NCBI GenBank assembly: GCA_902781325.1
Contig: CACZJD010000003.1
Location: forward strand, 3,642 to 67,641
Direction: 5' to 3'
DNA: 64,000 nucleotides
From: an uncultured Lachnospiraceae bacterium
Lineage (GTDB): Bacteria > Bacillota > Clostridia > Lachnospirales > Lachnospiraceae
The notes below the pieces were generated by a model. The model saw only the letters and a list, made by a program, of their open reading frames with translations. It was not told the origin of the DNA and did not search any database. The position numbers and the translations under genes are program-made. Of the stretch, positions 18,443 through 27,791 are shown piece after piece; the first letter of the stretch is position 1, and every line of letters begins with the position of its first letter.

Positions 18443-19144
18443 ATGAAGGACACAATTTTGATTGTAGAAGATGACAGGGATATTCTGGAAGTGGTCACCA
18501 TCATGTTGGGGAGAGAAGGGTTTCGGGTCCTCAAGGCGACAAACGGGAAAGAGGCGATCGAGGAGGTTTCAAAGAAGCCGGACCTGATTATATTGGATGT
18601 AATGCTGCCGGATATGGACGGATTCACGGTATGCCGCAGAATACGGGAGGAATCGTTGGCGCCTGTATTGTTCCTGACAGCTAAGACCGGAGTACAGGAC
18701 AAGACCGAAGGGCTTGAAGCCGGAGGGGACGATTATCTGGTGAAGCCTTTTTTTCAGGAGGAACTGCGGGCAAGGATCCGGGCGCTGCTCAGGCGCTATG
18801 AGAAATATCGCGGGAAAGAGCAGACGGAGACCCGGGAGAGTTATTTGGAAGTGGGGCGCTTCCGCGTGAGCAAGGAGTTTAACGAAGTACTCAAGGACGG
18901 GAAACTGATCAGCATGACAGATATTGAATACAAGATCCTCAAACTGCTGATGCAGTACCGCAACAAGATCTTTTCTATTCAGAATATATATGAAAGTGTT
19001 TGGGAAAAGCCGTATTTTTATGACGCCAATAATACGGTCATGGTCCATATCCGGAGGCTGCGGATGGCAATCGAAGACGATCCGAGGAAACCGGTCTATA
19101 TCCGCACGGAATGGGGGAGAGGCTACAGGTTCGTAAGTGAATAG
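18443..19144 (+). CDS. OmpR/PhoB-family response regulator
   Basis: ILIVEDD, LDVMLP, GGDDYLVKPF, IRTEWGRGYRF. Confidence 0.94.
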   Translation: MKDTILIVEDDRDILEVVTIMLGREGFRVLKATNGKEAIEEVSKKPDLIILDVMLPDMDGFTVCRRIREESLAPVLFLTAKTGVQDKTEGLEAGGDDYLVKPFFQEELRARIRALLRRYEKYRGKEQTETRESYLEVGRFRVSKEFNEVLKDGKLISMTDIEYKILKLLMQYRNKIFSIQNIYESVWEKPYFYDANNTVMVHIRRLRMAIEDDPRKPVYIRTEWGRGYRFVSE

Positions 19145-20405
19145 ACGATCGATCATGAGGAAGTTTGCAGACCTGATCGCGGTAGCTTTTATACTGTCGG
19201 TCTGTCTTTTCTTCCTCAGTTATAGTATCAGTAATTATATCATTGACAGAATGAGCGACGCAAAGACCGATGAGAAGATCGTGAGCGAGCTGGAGGCCTA
19301 CGCCAATGAGAACCGGCTTAAGCCGGAAAACAGGAAAGAACTTTGGGAATGGTGCAGGACACGAGAGGTGGATATTGAAGTGTTCGTGGACGGACACCTC
19401 GTGTTCAGCTCTATTTTTGATGTAGAGGACAAGCAGTACAATATGGAAGAAACTGAGCGGGATAAGGAAAATGCCCGTCAGGTCCAATTTGGTGATGTAA
19501 AAGCCGACGTTGTTTTTTATCCCTACTATCATGTGTACGACAAGGCAATGGCTGTAGAGATAGCTGCTTCAGTCCTGCTCTGTTTTATTATTATCGTCAT
19601 CGCGGTCCGCAAAGAGAGCAGGTATATTCATCTGATCAATGAGGAATTACAGGTCCTGGAGGGAGGAGACCTGACAAAGGAGATCACCGTCAGGGGGGAC
19701 GATGAGATCACGATGCTGGCGGAGAGCGTCAATGAATTCAGAAAGAGTATGCTGACTCAAATAGTGATGATCGAGCAGCTCGAAAGGAGCAACCGTCTTA
19801 CGCTTGCCGAGATCGCGCATGATCTGAGGACGCCGCTTACCTCTTTGATCATGTATCTGGATTTTGCGCAGAAAGAAATCGAGGGAAGAGAGACGGCGGC
19901 AGAATTGTATCTGACCAGGGCAAGAGAGAAGAGCGCGAGACTCAAAAATCTCCTGGACCAGAACTACAGTTATACAACGATGCAGGATTATTCCCAGATG
20001 GAGAAGACGGAGGAGCCGGCTTACGAGGTGCTGCGGGGGTTTTTGGGAGATATCAATTCAGGCCTTGAAAGAGAGGGATTTTTTGTGCGGTCTGAGATCA
20101 GCTTCGGGCACAGCAGGATTCTGGTGCAGAGAGACGCGGTCGGAAGAGTGTTCGGAAATCTCATGTCTAATATCAATAAGTACGCGAGCAAGGAGGACGA
20201 AGTCCTGATCTGCTGCAGGGAGCGGGACAAATATGTGGAGGTCACGGCGGTCAACAAAGTCAGGGTTTTCGAGGGGGAAAAACCGGAGAGCACCGGATTC
20301 GGATCCCGAATAAGCAAGAGGCTTATGGAGGAGATGAACGGAGACTACTCTACAGAGGAATCAGACGGTATTTTCACAACGACGCTGCGATTTCTCAAGA
20401 CCTGA
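19137..20405 (+). CDS. HAMP-domain sensor histidine kinase
   Basis: Two TMs, HAMP, AHDLRTPLT H-box, NLMSNINKY N-box, STGFG; overlaps the regulator stop codon. Confidence 0.88.
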   Translation: MNRRSIMRKFADLIAVAFILSVCLFFLSYSISNYIIDRMSDAKTDEKIVSELEAYANENRLKPENRKELWEWCRTREVDIEVFVDGHLVFSSIFDVEDKQYNMEETERDKENARQVQFGDVKADVVFYPYYHVYDKAMAVEIAASVLLCFIIIVIAVRKESRYIHLINEELQVLEGGDLTKEITVRGDDEITMLAESVNEFRKSMLTQIVMIEQLERSNRLTLAEIAHDLRTPLTSLIMYLDFAQKEIEGRETAAELYLTRAREKSARLKNLLDQNYSYTTMQDYSQMEKTEEPAYEVLRGFLGDINSGLEREGFFVRSEISFGHSRILVQRDAVGRVFGNLMSNINKYASKEDEVLICCRERDKYVEVTAVNKVRVFEGEKPESTGFGSRISKRLMEEMNGDYSTEESDGIFTTTLRFLKT

Positions 20406-20457
20406 GTTCTTTGTGCCGAAACAGGGACAAGGCAGCAGGCGCCATGTGCCGCCAGGC

Positions 20458-20486
20458 TTGGAAATGACAGGAGCAGATGCTATAAT
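20458..20486 (+). promoter_or_regulatory. Putative sigma-A promoter of the NlpC/P60 gene
   Basis: TTGGAA-N17-TATAAT with extended TG. Confidence 0.6.
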
Positions 20487-20487
20487 T

Positions 20488-20504
20488 ATTACAATTGTAT
20501 AACA
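20488..20504 (-). promoter_or_regulatory. WalR-like box
   Basis: Minus strand TGTTAT-N5-TGTAAT matches TGTWAH-N5-TGTWAH. Confidence 0.45.
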
Positions 20505-20589
20505 TGGACTTGTTATACGATGAAAGAGTAAAGATATGTGAAAAGAGTTGCGCAAACTGTAATTGTTTTCGAGCAAGACAGGAGGCATT

Positions 20590-22248
20590 GTGAAAAAGAG
20601 AGAGTTGATCAGGCGATGGGGAATTTTGTTCCTGTCATTAGCGTTGATAACCGGTACAGTGTCTGTGCCCTCTTATACAGTACATGCAGGTGAAGCTGAC
20701 AGCCATAACACGTCCGGCGAAGAGTACGCACAGGAAGTGGAACCGGAACCCGAGCCTGAACCAGAACCCGAGCCTGAACCCGAGACGCCGTCCGAAGGAG
20801 ATGACGGCGGTGACAACGCGGGAACCGGCGGAGGCGGCAGCCCGGCTCGGTCAGATGACGGCGAGGGCGGTGATGGTGCGAACATCGGAAATTCCGGCAC
20901 ATCCGATGGCGGAAGTACGACGGGAGGCGCGGCAGGAACTACCGAAGGGGAATTCGATTCAGACTATAGCGATACTTCGGACTCGGGCAGTACAGGGATG
21001 ACTGACGCAGAAGAAGGAAGCACCGGAGCGACGTCTGAAGTGGCGGCACTGATTGAGCCGGTCAAGGTCGGTGAGATGGATGAGCCGGAAGGCTACAAAG
21101 AAGCCGATAAGTACAACGGCACCAATGAAGAATTGATCGCACAGCAGCACATTGTGACAGACCTTCCGGAGATCCGCAAGGATTTTCGTTTTACGACTGT
21201 CGACAAGGTTTATGCGTTCAGCGCTCATGATATGTATATCTATGAGGAACAGAGCGAGGATTCCGATGTTGTCGGGACTATAGCCGGAAACGGCATTCTC
21301 TATGAACTGGAGAATGAGGACAACGGATGGATCTACGTGGAATCGGGAAAGGCGAGGGGGTTTGTCCTCGAGGAGGAATTGATCCGCGGCGATGAAGCGG
21401 AGAGACTTCTTGCGTATCTTGAGAAACGGGCGGCCCGCATTTCGGCAATGCTTCCCGAGGGGGTTTCCAGAGAGTCTTATTTCTTTACGGCACAGGATAC
21501 AGTTCCCTATTATGAGAACGACGCGTATGCTTTCCGCAGGATCACAACGCAGGAAGTTGTGATCGACGCCGAAGCTGCTATTGCGAAGTCCGATGCAGGA
21601 ATCATGGAGGATACCAGTGACGATGCGCGCACTGTGGGGAGCCTGAAGGAAGGAGACCTCGTCTATGTGATCGAAGAGGCGGATGATGAGTGGTTATTCG
21701 TGGAGTCCGGGGATGTGCGCGGCTTTATCCCGTCTTATGAACTGGACCGGAGCAGTTCCGTACAGGCTCAGATTGAAGAAGAAGGAGAGTCCTCGTTTGG
21801 TACTGCAAAAGAAGTGATCACACCGGGGGAGAATCGGGCGATCTATTACAGCCTTTGTTCTGTCAGGGAAGGCGCAAGATATAATGAGATCAGAGAGAAA
21901 ATACTGGAAAAAGCGCTCGCATGCGTCGGAAATCCCTATGTGTGGGGCGGGACCAGCCTGACGCATGGCGCGGACTGTTCCGGATTTGTACAGACGCTGT
22001 ACGGTTTGTTCGGATATAAACTTCCCAGAGTAGCTGATGCCCAGTCGCGGGTAGGGACTCAGATTCCGGTAAGCGACGCGGCGCCGGGGGACCTGATCTT
22101 CTTTGCTAGGAACGGATATGTATACCATGTAGCGATGTACGCGGGAGACGGAAAGACGGTCGAGGCGTACAGCACTCAATACGGCATTATCACGAAGGAG
22201 CTGAGTGAGAGAAACGCCGTGTGGGCGACAAGGATCATAGAGGATTGA
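20590..22248 (+). CDS. Secreted NlpC/P60 (C40) peptidoglycan endopeptidase with two SH3-like repeats
   Basis: Signal peptide, acidic/Gly-rich linker, two 'W.YVESG..RGF' repeats, NPYVWGG, DCSGF, YHVAMY; GGAGG RBS before GTG 20590. Confidence 0.9.
   Translation: MKKRELIRRWGILFLSLALITGTVSVPSYTVHAGEADSHNTSGEEYAQEVEPEPEPEPEPEPEPETPSEGDDGGDNAGTGGGGSPARSDDGEGGDGANIGNSGTSDGGSTTGGAAGTTEGEFDSDYSDTSDSGSTGMTDAEEGSTGATSEVAALIEPVKVGEMDEPEGYKEADKYNGTNEELIAQQHIVTDLPEIRKDFRFTTVDKVYAFSAHDMYIYEEQSEDSDVVGTIAGNGILYELENEDNGWIYVESGKARGFVLEEELIRGDEAERLLAYLEKRAARISAMLPEGVSRESYFFTAQDTVPYYENDAYAFRRITTQEVVIDAEAAIAKSDAGIMEDTSDDARTVGSLKEGDLVYVIEEADDEWLFVESGDVRGFIPSYELDRSSSVQAQIEEEGESSFGTAKEVITPGENRAIYYSLCSVREGARYNEIREKILEKALACVGNPYVWGGTSLTHGADCSGFVQTLYGLFGYKLPRVADAQSRVGTQIPVSDAAPGDLIFFARNGYVYHVAMYAGDGKTVEAYSTQYGIITKELSERNAVWATRIIED
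20740..20784 (+). repeat. (Glu-Pro)7 coding repeat
   Basis: GARCCN x7 encoding EPEPEPEPEPEPEPE. Confidence 0.9.
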
Positions 22249-22266
22249 TATTCATAGAAGCACAGG

Positions 22267-22298
22267 AAAAGGGCTGCCGTTAAAACGGCAGCCCTTAT
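22267..22298. terminator. Bidirectional terminator
   Basis: AAAAGGGCTGCCGT-taaa-ACGGCAGCCCTT between convergent genes. Confidence 0.8.
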
Positions 22299-22314
22299 TT
22301 GCGCTCATTTTGCC

Positions 22315-25300
22315 TCAGGGAGTCGGCTTTTCCGGTTCTTCCACGGCGGGAAGATTTCCTGGTTCGGTTTTCATCGCCTCTTCAGCGGGAAGATCTTCGG
22401 CCGGAACTTCCTCTGTCTTCTCAGCGGGGAGTTCCTCCTCCGGCATCGCGGATTCAAACTGTCCGCCCCGTTTTCCCGCACGATGTGTCATGATCATCCA
22501 GAACAGGAACAGCAGCAGGCCGGCAGCAGAGAGACACAGACCGTAGAGAAGACCGGGAGTCTCATAGCGCAGCTCGATGGTGTGACGGCCCGGTGTGAGC
22601 CACAGACCGCAGAACATAAGGTTTATGTTCTCGAGAACGGCCGGGGTTCCGTCCACATAAGCTTTCCAGCCGGCGGAGTAGGGGACTGTCAGACACAGGA
22701 GTTTGTTGTCCGAGACAGTGATCTCCCCTGTGACCCCTGCGGAGACATAACTGCTCTTATTCTGAGAGATCTTTACATTTTCGAGAGACTCAGCACCGAG
22801 TTTCTCAATTTTGTCTGCGTAGTCCGTCAGGGGCTCCGCGATCACGGAGAACTCGTCAAAGTGGTAAATGCCGGATCTGGGGAAAGTGACCACAATGGTA
22901 TCGATCCCTTCTCTGACTGTGTAGGAATTGAGCAGGAAATCCTGCCTGCCCGAATAGAACTGTTCGTCTTCCGGCAGAATGTAGTTGACCTCGTTGCTGG
23001 TAAGCACCGTATCCCCGCTCATGAAATCCGCGCCGATCTTCACATTGTTTGCAGGGCGGGAATTATAGACTGCCACACGGATCCTATAGCGCTCGTAAGG
23101 CGTCAGAGCACTGAACATTTCGGAAGTAAACTGATCCTCAGGGTCACAGGATTTATCATCGGAGTAGAGGTCGAGCAGATTGGTTTCCTGGTACGCGATG
23201 TTCTTCATGTAGAGATAGCATTCGCCGGCGGTGACCGGATCAAAAGTCAGTTTAACCTGGGACCGCGCCTCGGTCACTACGAAGGTGCGCTCATCTGTCT
23301 GTACAACGCTGTTATGAAGGCATTCGCTCTTGAAAGGAACATTTCTGCAGTTAAGACCGGCGGCGATTTCTTCGATGGACCGGCTGTCCTGCAGACTTCC
23401 GGGAGAAGCAGTCACAGCATGGGTGAGGAGAACTTCCTGTCTCTGGGCCGGAGTGAGACTGTCAAACTGCTGCCGGCTGATCGTGCGGTCATAGGTATAG
23501 CCCAAAGGAAGAGGGCGGAGGTTCTGATAAACAGAGTTGGCCGTTTTCTGATCCAGGGAGGTATCCGAATATCCCGCGGGAAGTTTTTCCGGGTGCATGC
23601 AGTAAAGGTAGCTTACGGAAGCCAGCTCGTTGAGGATCGCCCTGTTGTCGAGGTTTGTGAATTGCCAGGCGTTATTGTTCACGTCGGAGACAGCAAGGGA
23701 ATCCAGATATTCCAGCACATAGGGGCTGTTGACGCTCCAGAAAGACTGAGTGGAGGACAGTCCGTTCAGTATGGAGGTGTTCTGATACCAGAAGCCCGGC
23801 TCCGTGTTTGAGACCCTCACGAAGGATTCTCCGTCAAATCCGATCGTCGAAGAGATCTGGGAAGTATCGTTGAGCCACATGTTCCTGTCATTGGCCGGAG
23901 ATGCGCCCAGTCCCGTCCTGAAGGAGGCAAGGCAGTCCAGTTCCTTGTAACTTTCGATCCTGTCGCTGAAGCGCGGGTCGTTCTCGCAGATGCCGTTAAG
24001 GCAGATACTCACGACAGTAAGGAGCAGGATCCCTCGTTCCGCGCGGAGGATCTTTTTTGCACGGCGGCGCTCAGCAGCTTCGGGATCTTCGACTTGAGCG
24101 GGTTCTTCCGCCGCAAACTCCGATCTCTGGGCGAGGAACAGGTGAAAGAGCGTAAATCCGGTGAAGATGACAGGCACCAGGAAATTGATCTCCAGTTCAT
24201 AGGAGAGGAAGAAGCACACGGCAAAATAGAGAGTAAAGCCGACGGCCATCACTTTTTTCTGTATGCGGGTCAGTGTAAAGAGCAGGGGCCACAGTTCCGC
24301 GACCAGCATGGCGATCAGAGCGGAATAAGCCCAGCACCAGCGGTTGATCGGATAGGAGAAACCGTTGGTGAGATAGCCGAAAGCAGGGATGAACAGAAGC
24401 GCTGAATACAGAAGAAACTGCAGGCGCAGTTTGATAAATCCCTTTGCGCAAAAGAGGAGAAAGACGCACAGGAGCGCGGTTCCCGCATAGCACAGGGAGC
24501 CGTATTTCACTTCATTGCATGCAAGGAAATCCAGCGGCAGCATGCGGCAGGAGCGGGCGTCATAGAAAAGATTGATGGCCGGCTTGAGAGCAATGCGCTT
24601 GTTGCCAAAGACCGTGACAGCCATGGGCAGCAGAATCGCACCTCCCATGGCGACGCCGACTGTGCCGGCGGCAAACAGAACGCCGATCTCAGCAAAACGG
24701 CGCTTAAATTCTCCGCGCGCAATGGGGAAATAGCGGAAGCAGGCGTACATTACGGCCAGGATCACAATGCTGACGATAAAATAGAAATTGCTCACGGTCG
24801 CAAGAAAGACGGAAATGATAAATGTCCAGGGCCTGCGGCCGTCCCGTACTTTCTCGATCCCGAGAAGAACGAGCGGGAAGATGATCAGCGCGTCCAGAAA
24901 GATCGGCTGACCGAAGCAGGTGATCAGCGCGAATCCGCAGAATGTATAGATCATGGAGCCGGCAAGGCATCCCCTGTCATGCTCCGCAGAGGGCCAGCGG
25001 AAGCGGCAGAGTGCGGACATGGCAAGGCCCGAGCAGTAGTTTTTGACCGGGATCAGCAGGCAGTAGAACAAATAGATATATTTGGCGGGCACCAGGGCGC
25101 TCAGAAGATAGAAAGGGTCGCCTACGCCGTAGTAAGCGAGGGTGCTCATAGCGTCCGAACCGTATCCGATACTGAAAGAATAAGTGGAGATTGCCTTAAA
25201 ATCAAATTTGAGAAGCGATTTTAATGTCTGGCGATACCATCTGGAAATGAAGATCATTGCCTTGAGATGCTGCGTATAGGAGTCGTGTGCCCAGACAAAA

Positions 25301-25410
25301 CTCTTCTGTGTGAGAATAAAAGGAGCGTATATGATCAGCGCGGTGAGCAGAAAAAGAAGTGTGAATCTGAAATAGTACGATGCCCTGTTTTTTAGTGTTG
25401 AAGTTTTCAT
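22315..25410 (-). CDS. YfhO-family multi-pass membrane protein (GT-C type)
   Basis: DSYTQH, YYGVGDPF, NGFSYPINRW, C-terminal 'LTVPYSAGWKAYVDG...G.HTIELRYETPGL'; GGAGG RBS before ATG 25410. Confidence 0.85.
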   Translation of the reverse strand: MKTSTLKNRASYYFRFTLLFLLTALIIYAPFILTQKSFVWAHDSYTQHLKAMIFISRWYRQTLKSLLKFDFKAISTYSFSIGYGSDAMSTLAYYGVGDPFYLLSALVPAKYIYLFYCLLIPVKNYCSGLAMSALCRFRWPSAEHDRGCLAGSMIYTFCGFALITCFGQPIFLDALIIFPLVLLGIEKVRDGRRPWTFIISVFLATVSNFYFIVSIVILAVMYACFRYFPIARGEFKRRFAEIGVLFAAGTVGVAMGGAILLPMAVTVFGNKRIALKPAINLFYDARSCRMLPLDFLACNEVKYGSLCYAGTALLCVFLLFCAKGFIKLRLQFLLYSALLFIPAFGYLTNGFSYPINRWCWAYSALIAMLVAELWPLLFTLTRIQKKVMAVGFTLYFAVCFFLSYELEINFLVPVIFTGFTLFHLFLAQRSEFAAEEPAQVEDPEAAERRRAKKILRAERGILLLTVVSICLNGICENDPRFSDRIESYKELDCLASFRTGLGASPANDRNMWLNDTSQISSTIGFDGESFVRVSNTEPGFWYQNTSILNGLSSTQSFWSVNSPYVLEYLDSLAVSDVNNNAWQFTNLDNRAILNELASVSYLYCMHPEKLPAGYSDTSLDQKTANSVYQNLRPLPLGYTYDRTISRQQFDSLTPAQRQEVLLTHAVTASPGSLQDSRSIEEIAAGLNCRNVPFKSECLHNSVVQTDERTFVVTEARSQVKLTFDPVTAGECYLYMKNIAYQETNLLDLYSDDKSCDPEDQFTSEMFSALTPYERYRIRVAVYNSRPANNVKIGADFMSGDTVLTSNEVNYILPEDEQFYSGRQDFLLNSYTVREGIDTIVVTFPRSGIYHFDEFSVIAEPLTDYADKIEKLGAESLENVKISQNKSSYVSAGVTGEITVSDNKLLCLTVPYSAGWKAYVDGTPAVLENINLMFCGLWLTPGRHTIELRYETPGLLYGLCLSAAGLLLFLFWMIMTHRAGKRGGQFESAMPEEELPAEKTEEVPAEDLPAEEAMKTEPGNLPAVEEPEKPTP

Positions 25411-25561
25411 TATAGACCTCCGGGAAATGCCTTCAGTGTATCTTATCATATAATATTCCATAAAAAAAGAGAGCCGCGGACCGCGGAAGAATGGCAATGG
25501 CGAAAACGCTTAAGTGTGTTATTATGATAAGAGTATCAATCATTAAGGAGCAGAAGACCAA

Positions 25562-27760
25562 ATGCAGATCATTGAAACGATAGCCCGGAAACTGGGCGTA
25601 AAAAACTGGCAGGTGGAGGCGGCAGTCAGACTCATAGACGAGGGTAACACGATCCCCTTCATTGCCAGATACAGAAAAGAGGCGACGGGAACCCTCACTG
25701 ACGAACAGCTCCGGGAACTCGGGGAGTCCCTGACCTACCTTCGTTCTCTTGAGGAGCGCAAGACCAAGGTCATGGAGAGCATAGAAGCGCAGGGGAAACT
25801 CACAGGAGAGCTGAAGGCATCGATTGAGGCGGCGCAGACGCTGGTGGAAGTGGAAGATTTATATCTTCCTTACCGTCCCAAGAGAAGGACCCGCGCGGGG
25901 ATCGCGAAGGAGAAGGGCCTGCAGGGTCTGGCGGACTATATTTTGGCCCTGAAACCGGGGAGCGATGTGCGCGGGGAAGCGGTCCGCTATGTTGACGCGG
26001 AGAAAGAGGTGAAGGATGCCGATGAGGCCATCGCAGGAGCGATGGATATCATCGCGGAGCAGATCTCCGATGAGGCGCGCTTCAGGGCGTGGATCCGGGA
26101 GAAGACTTTGGCCAGAGGAACTGTGGTCACGGCGGAAAAGGCCCGCAAGAAGACGAAGGACGACGAAGAGGCGGATGAAAAGACGCCCGCTAAGCTGAAG
26201 GAGCGGCGGGGTGTATATGAGATGTACTTCGAGTACGAGGAGGCCGTTCGCAGGATCCCGGGGCACCGGGTCCTCGCGATCAACCGCGGTGAGAAGGAAG
26301 GTTTTCTTTCGGTCAAAATAGCGGCGCCCGAAGACGACATTCTCTTTTATCTGGAGAGACAGGTGACCCGCGGAGCCAAGGATCCGGATCCGGACGCTTT
26401 TTCTTATATCAGGGCAGCAGTGAAAGACAGTTATGGCCGCCTGATCGCGCCCGCAATAGAGAGGGAGATCAGAAATCAGCTGACGGAAGAGGCAGAGGAC
26501 GGAGCGATCCGCGTGTTCGCTTCCAATCTGGAGCAGCTGCTGATGCAGCAGCCCATCGCGGGCAAGGTAGTCCTGGGATGGGACCCCGCTTTCCGCACCG
26601 GCTGCAAACTGGCAGTGGCGGATCCGACGGGCAGGATCCTCGATACAAAGGTGATCTATCCCACTGCGCCTCAGAATAAGGTCCGGGAGGCCAAACAGGA
26701 GCTGGGAAAACTTGTCAGCAAGTATGACGTATCCGTGATCAGCGTCGGCAACGGCACTGCTTCGAGGGAATCCGAGCAGGTGATCATAGAGTTTATCAAA
26801 GAGCAGAAGAAGCCGCTGCAGTATGTGATCGTCAATGAGGCGGGAGCTTCTGTATACAGTGCCAGCAAGCTCGCGACGGAAGAATTCCCGCAGTTTGACG
26901 TGGGGCAGAGAAGCGCGGCTTCCATTGCCAGAAGGCTTCAGGATCCCCTGGCGGAACTGGTCAAGATCGATCCCAAAGCGATCGGCGTAGGCCAGTATCA
27001 GCACGACATGAATCAGAAAAAGCTGGACGGCGCCCTCACCGGCGTTGTGGAAAAGTGTGTCAACAGAGTCGGCGTGGACCTGAACACGGCCTCCTTCTCT
27101 CTTTTGTCTTACATTTCGGGCATCAGTAAGACGGTGGCCAAGAACATTGTTTCCCACAGGGAGGAGAACGGAGCGTTCCGCAGCAGGAAAGAACTGCTCA
27201 AGGTCGCGGGACTCGGTCCTAAGGCATTCCAGCAGTGCGCGGGATTTTTGAGGATCCGGGGAGGATCCCAGCCTCTTGACGAGACTTCCGTACACCCGGA
27301 GAGCTATCAGGCGGTGGAAGAACTTCTCAGGAGCATGGGACTTTCGATGAACAGGGAGTCCTTCAAGGCGGCGGCGCGGATGGTGAAGGATCCGGCGAAG
27401 AAAGCGGAAGAACTCGGAATCGGAGAGCCCACACTCCGGGACATCCTGCAGGAACTTGAAAAGCCCGCCAGGGACCCCCGTGAGGAGATGCCGGCACCGG
27501 TCCTGCGCAGCGATGTGCTGTCCATGGAGGATCTCAAACCCGGCCTCAAACTGAAGGGGACCGTGCGCAACATCGTGGATTTCGGAGCTTTCGTGGATAT
27601 CGGCGTGCATCAGGACGGGCTGGTCCACATCTCCAAAATGAGTAGAAAATATATCAAACATCCTTTGGAAGTCGTGCGCGTGGGGGATGTGGTGGAAGTG
27701 ACTGTACTCGGCGTCGATGCCGCCAAGAAAAGGATCTCCCTCTCCATGGTTGAAGAGTGA
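25562..27760 (+). CDS. tex: Tex-family RNA-binding transcriptional accessory protein
   Basis: GNTIPFIARYRKEATG, DPAFRTGCK, ARRLQDPLAELVKIDP, C-terminal S1 domain. Confidence 0.93.
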   Translation: MQIIETIARKLGVKNWQVEAAVRLIDEGNTIPFIARYRKEATGTLTDEQLRELGESLTYLRSLEERKTKVMESIEAQGKLTGELKASIEAAQTLVEVEDLYLPYRPKRRTRAGIAKEKGLQGLADYILALKPGSDVRGEAVRYVDAEKEVKDADEAIAGAMDIIAEQISDEARFRAWIREKTLARGTVVTAEKARKKTKDDEEADEKTPAKLKERRGVYEMYFEYEEAVRRIPGHRVLAINRGEKEGFLSVKIAAPEDDILFYLERQVTRGAKDPDPDAFSYIRAAVKDSYGRLIAPAIEREIRNQLTEEAEDGAIRVFASNLEQLLMQQPIAGKVVLGWDPAFRTGCKLAVADPTGRILDTKVIYPTAPQNKVREAKQELGKLVSKYDVSVISVGNGTASRESEQVIIEFIKEQKKPLQYVIVNEAGASVYSASKLATEEFPQFDVGQRSAASIARRLQDPLAELVKIDPKAIGVGQYQHDMNQKKLDGALTGVVEKCVNRVGVDLNTASFSLLSYISGISKTVAKNIVSHREENGAFRSRKELLKVAGLGPKAFQQCAGFLRIRGGSQPLDETSVHPESYQAVEELLRSMGLSMNRESFKAAARMVKDPAKKAEELGIGEPTLRDILQELEKPARDPREEMPAPVLRSDVLSMEDLKPGLKLKGTVRNIVDFGAFVDIGVHQDGLVHISKMSRKYIKHPLEVVRVGDVVEVTVLGVDAAKKRISLSMVEE

Positions 27761-27791
27761 CGGCAGAGGAGATACCGGAAAGGATCCAGAC

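Noticed and set aside
22315-22445. PAE-type repeats at the YfhO C-terminus
   Set aside because: Short degenerate low-complexity tail with no sign of a distinct function
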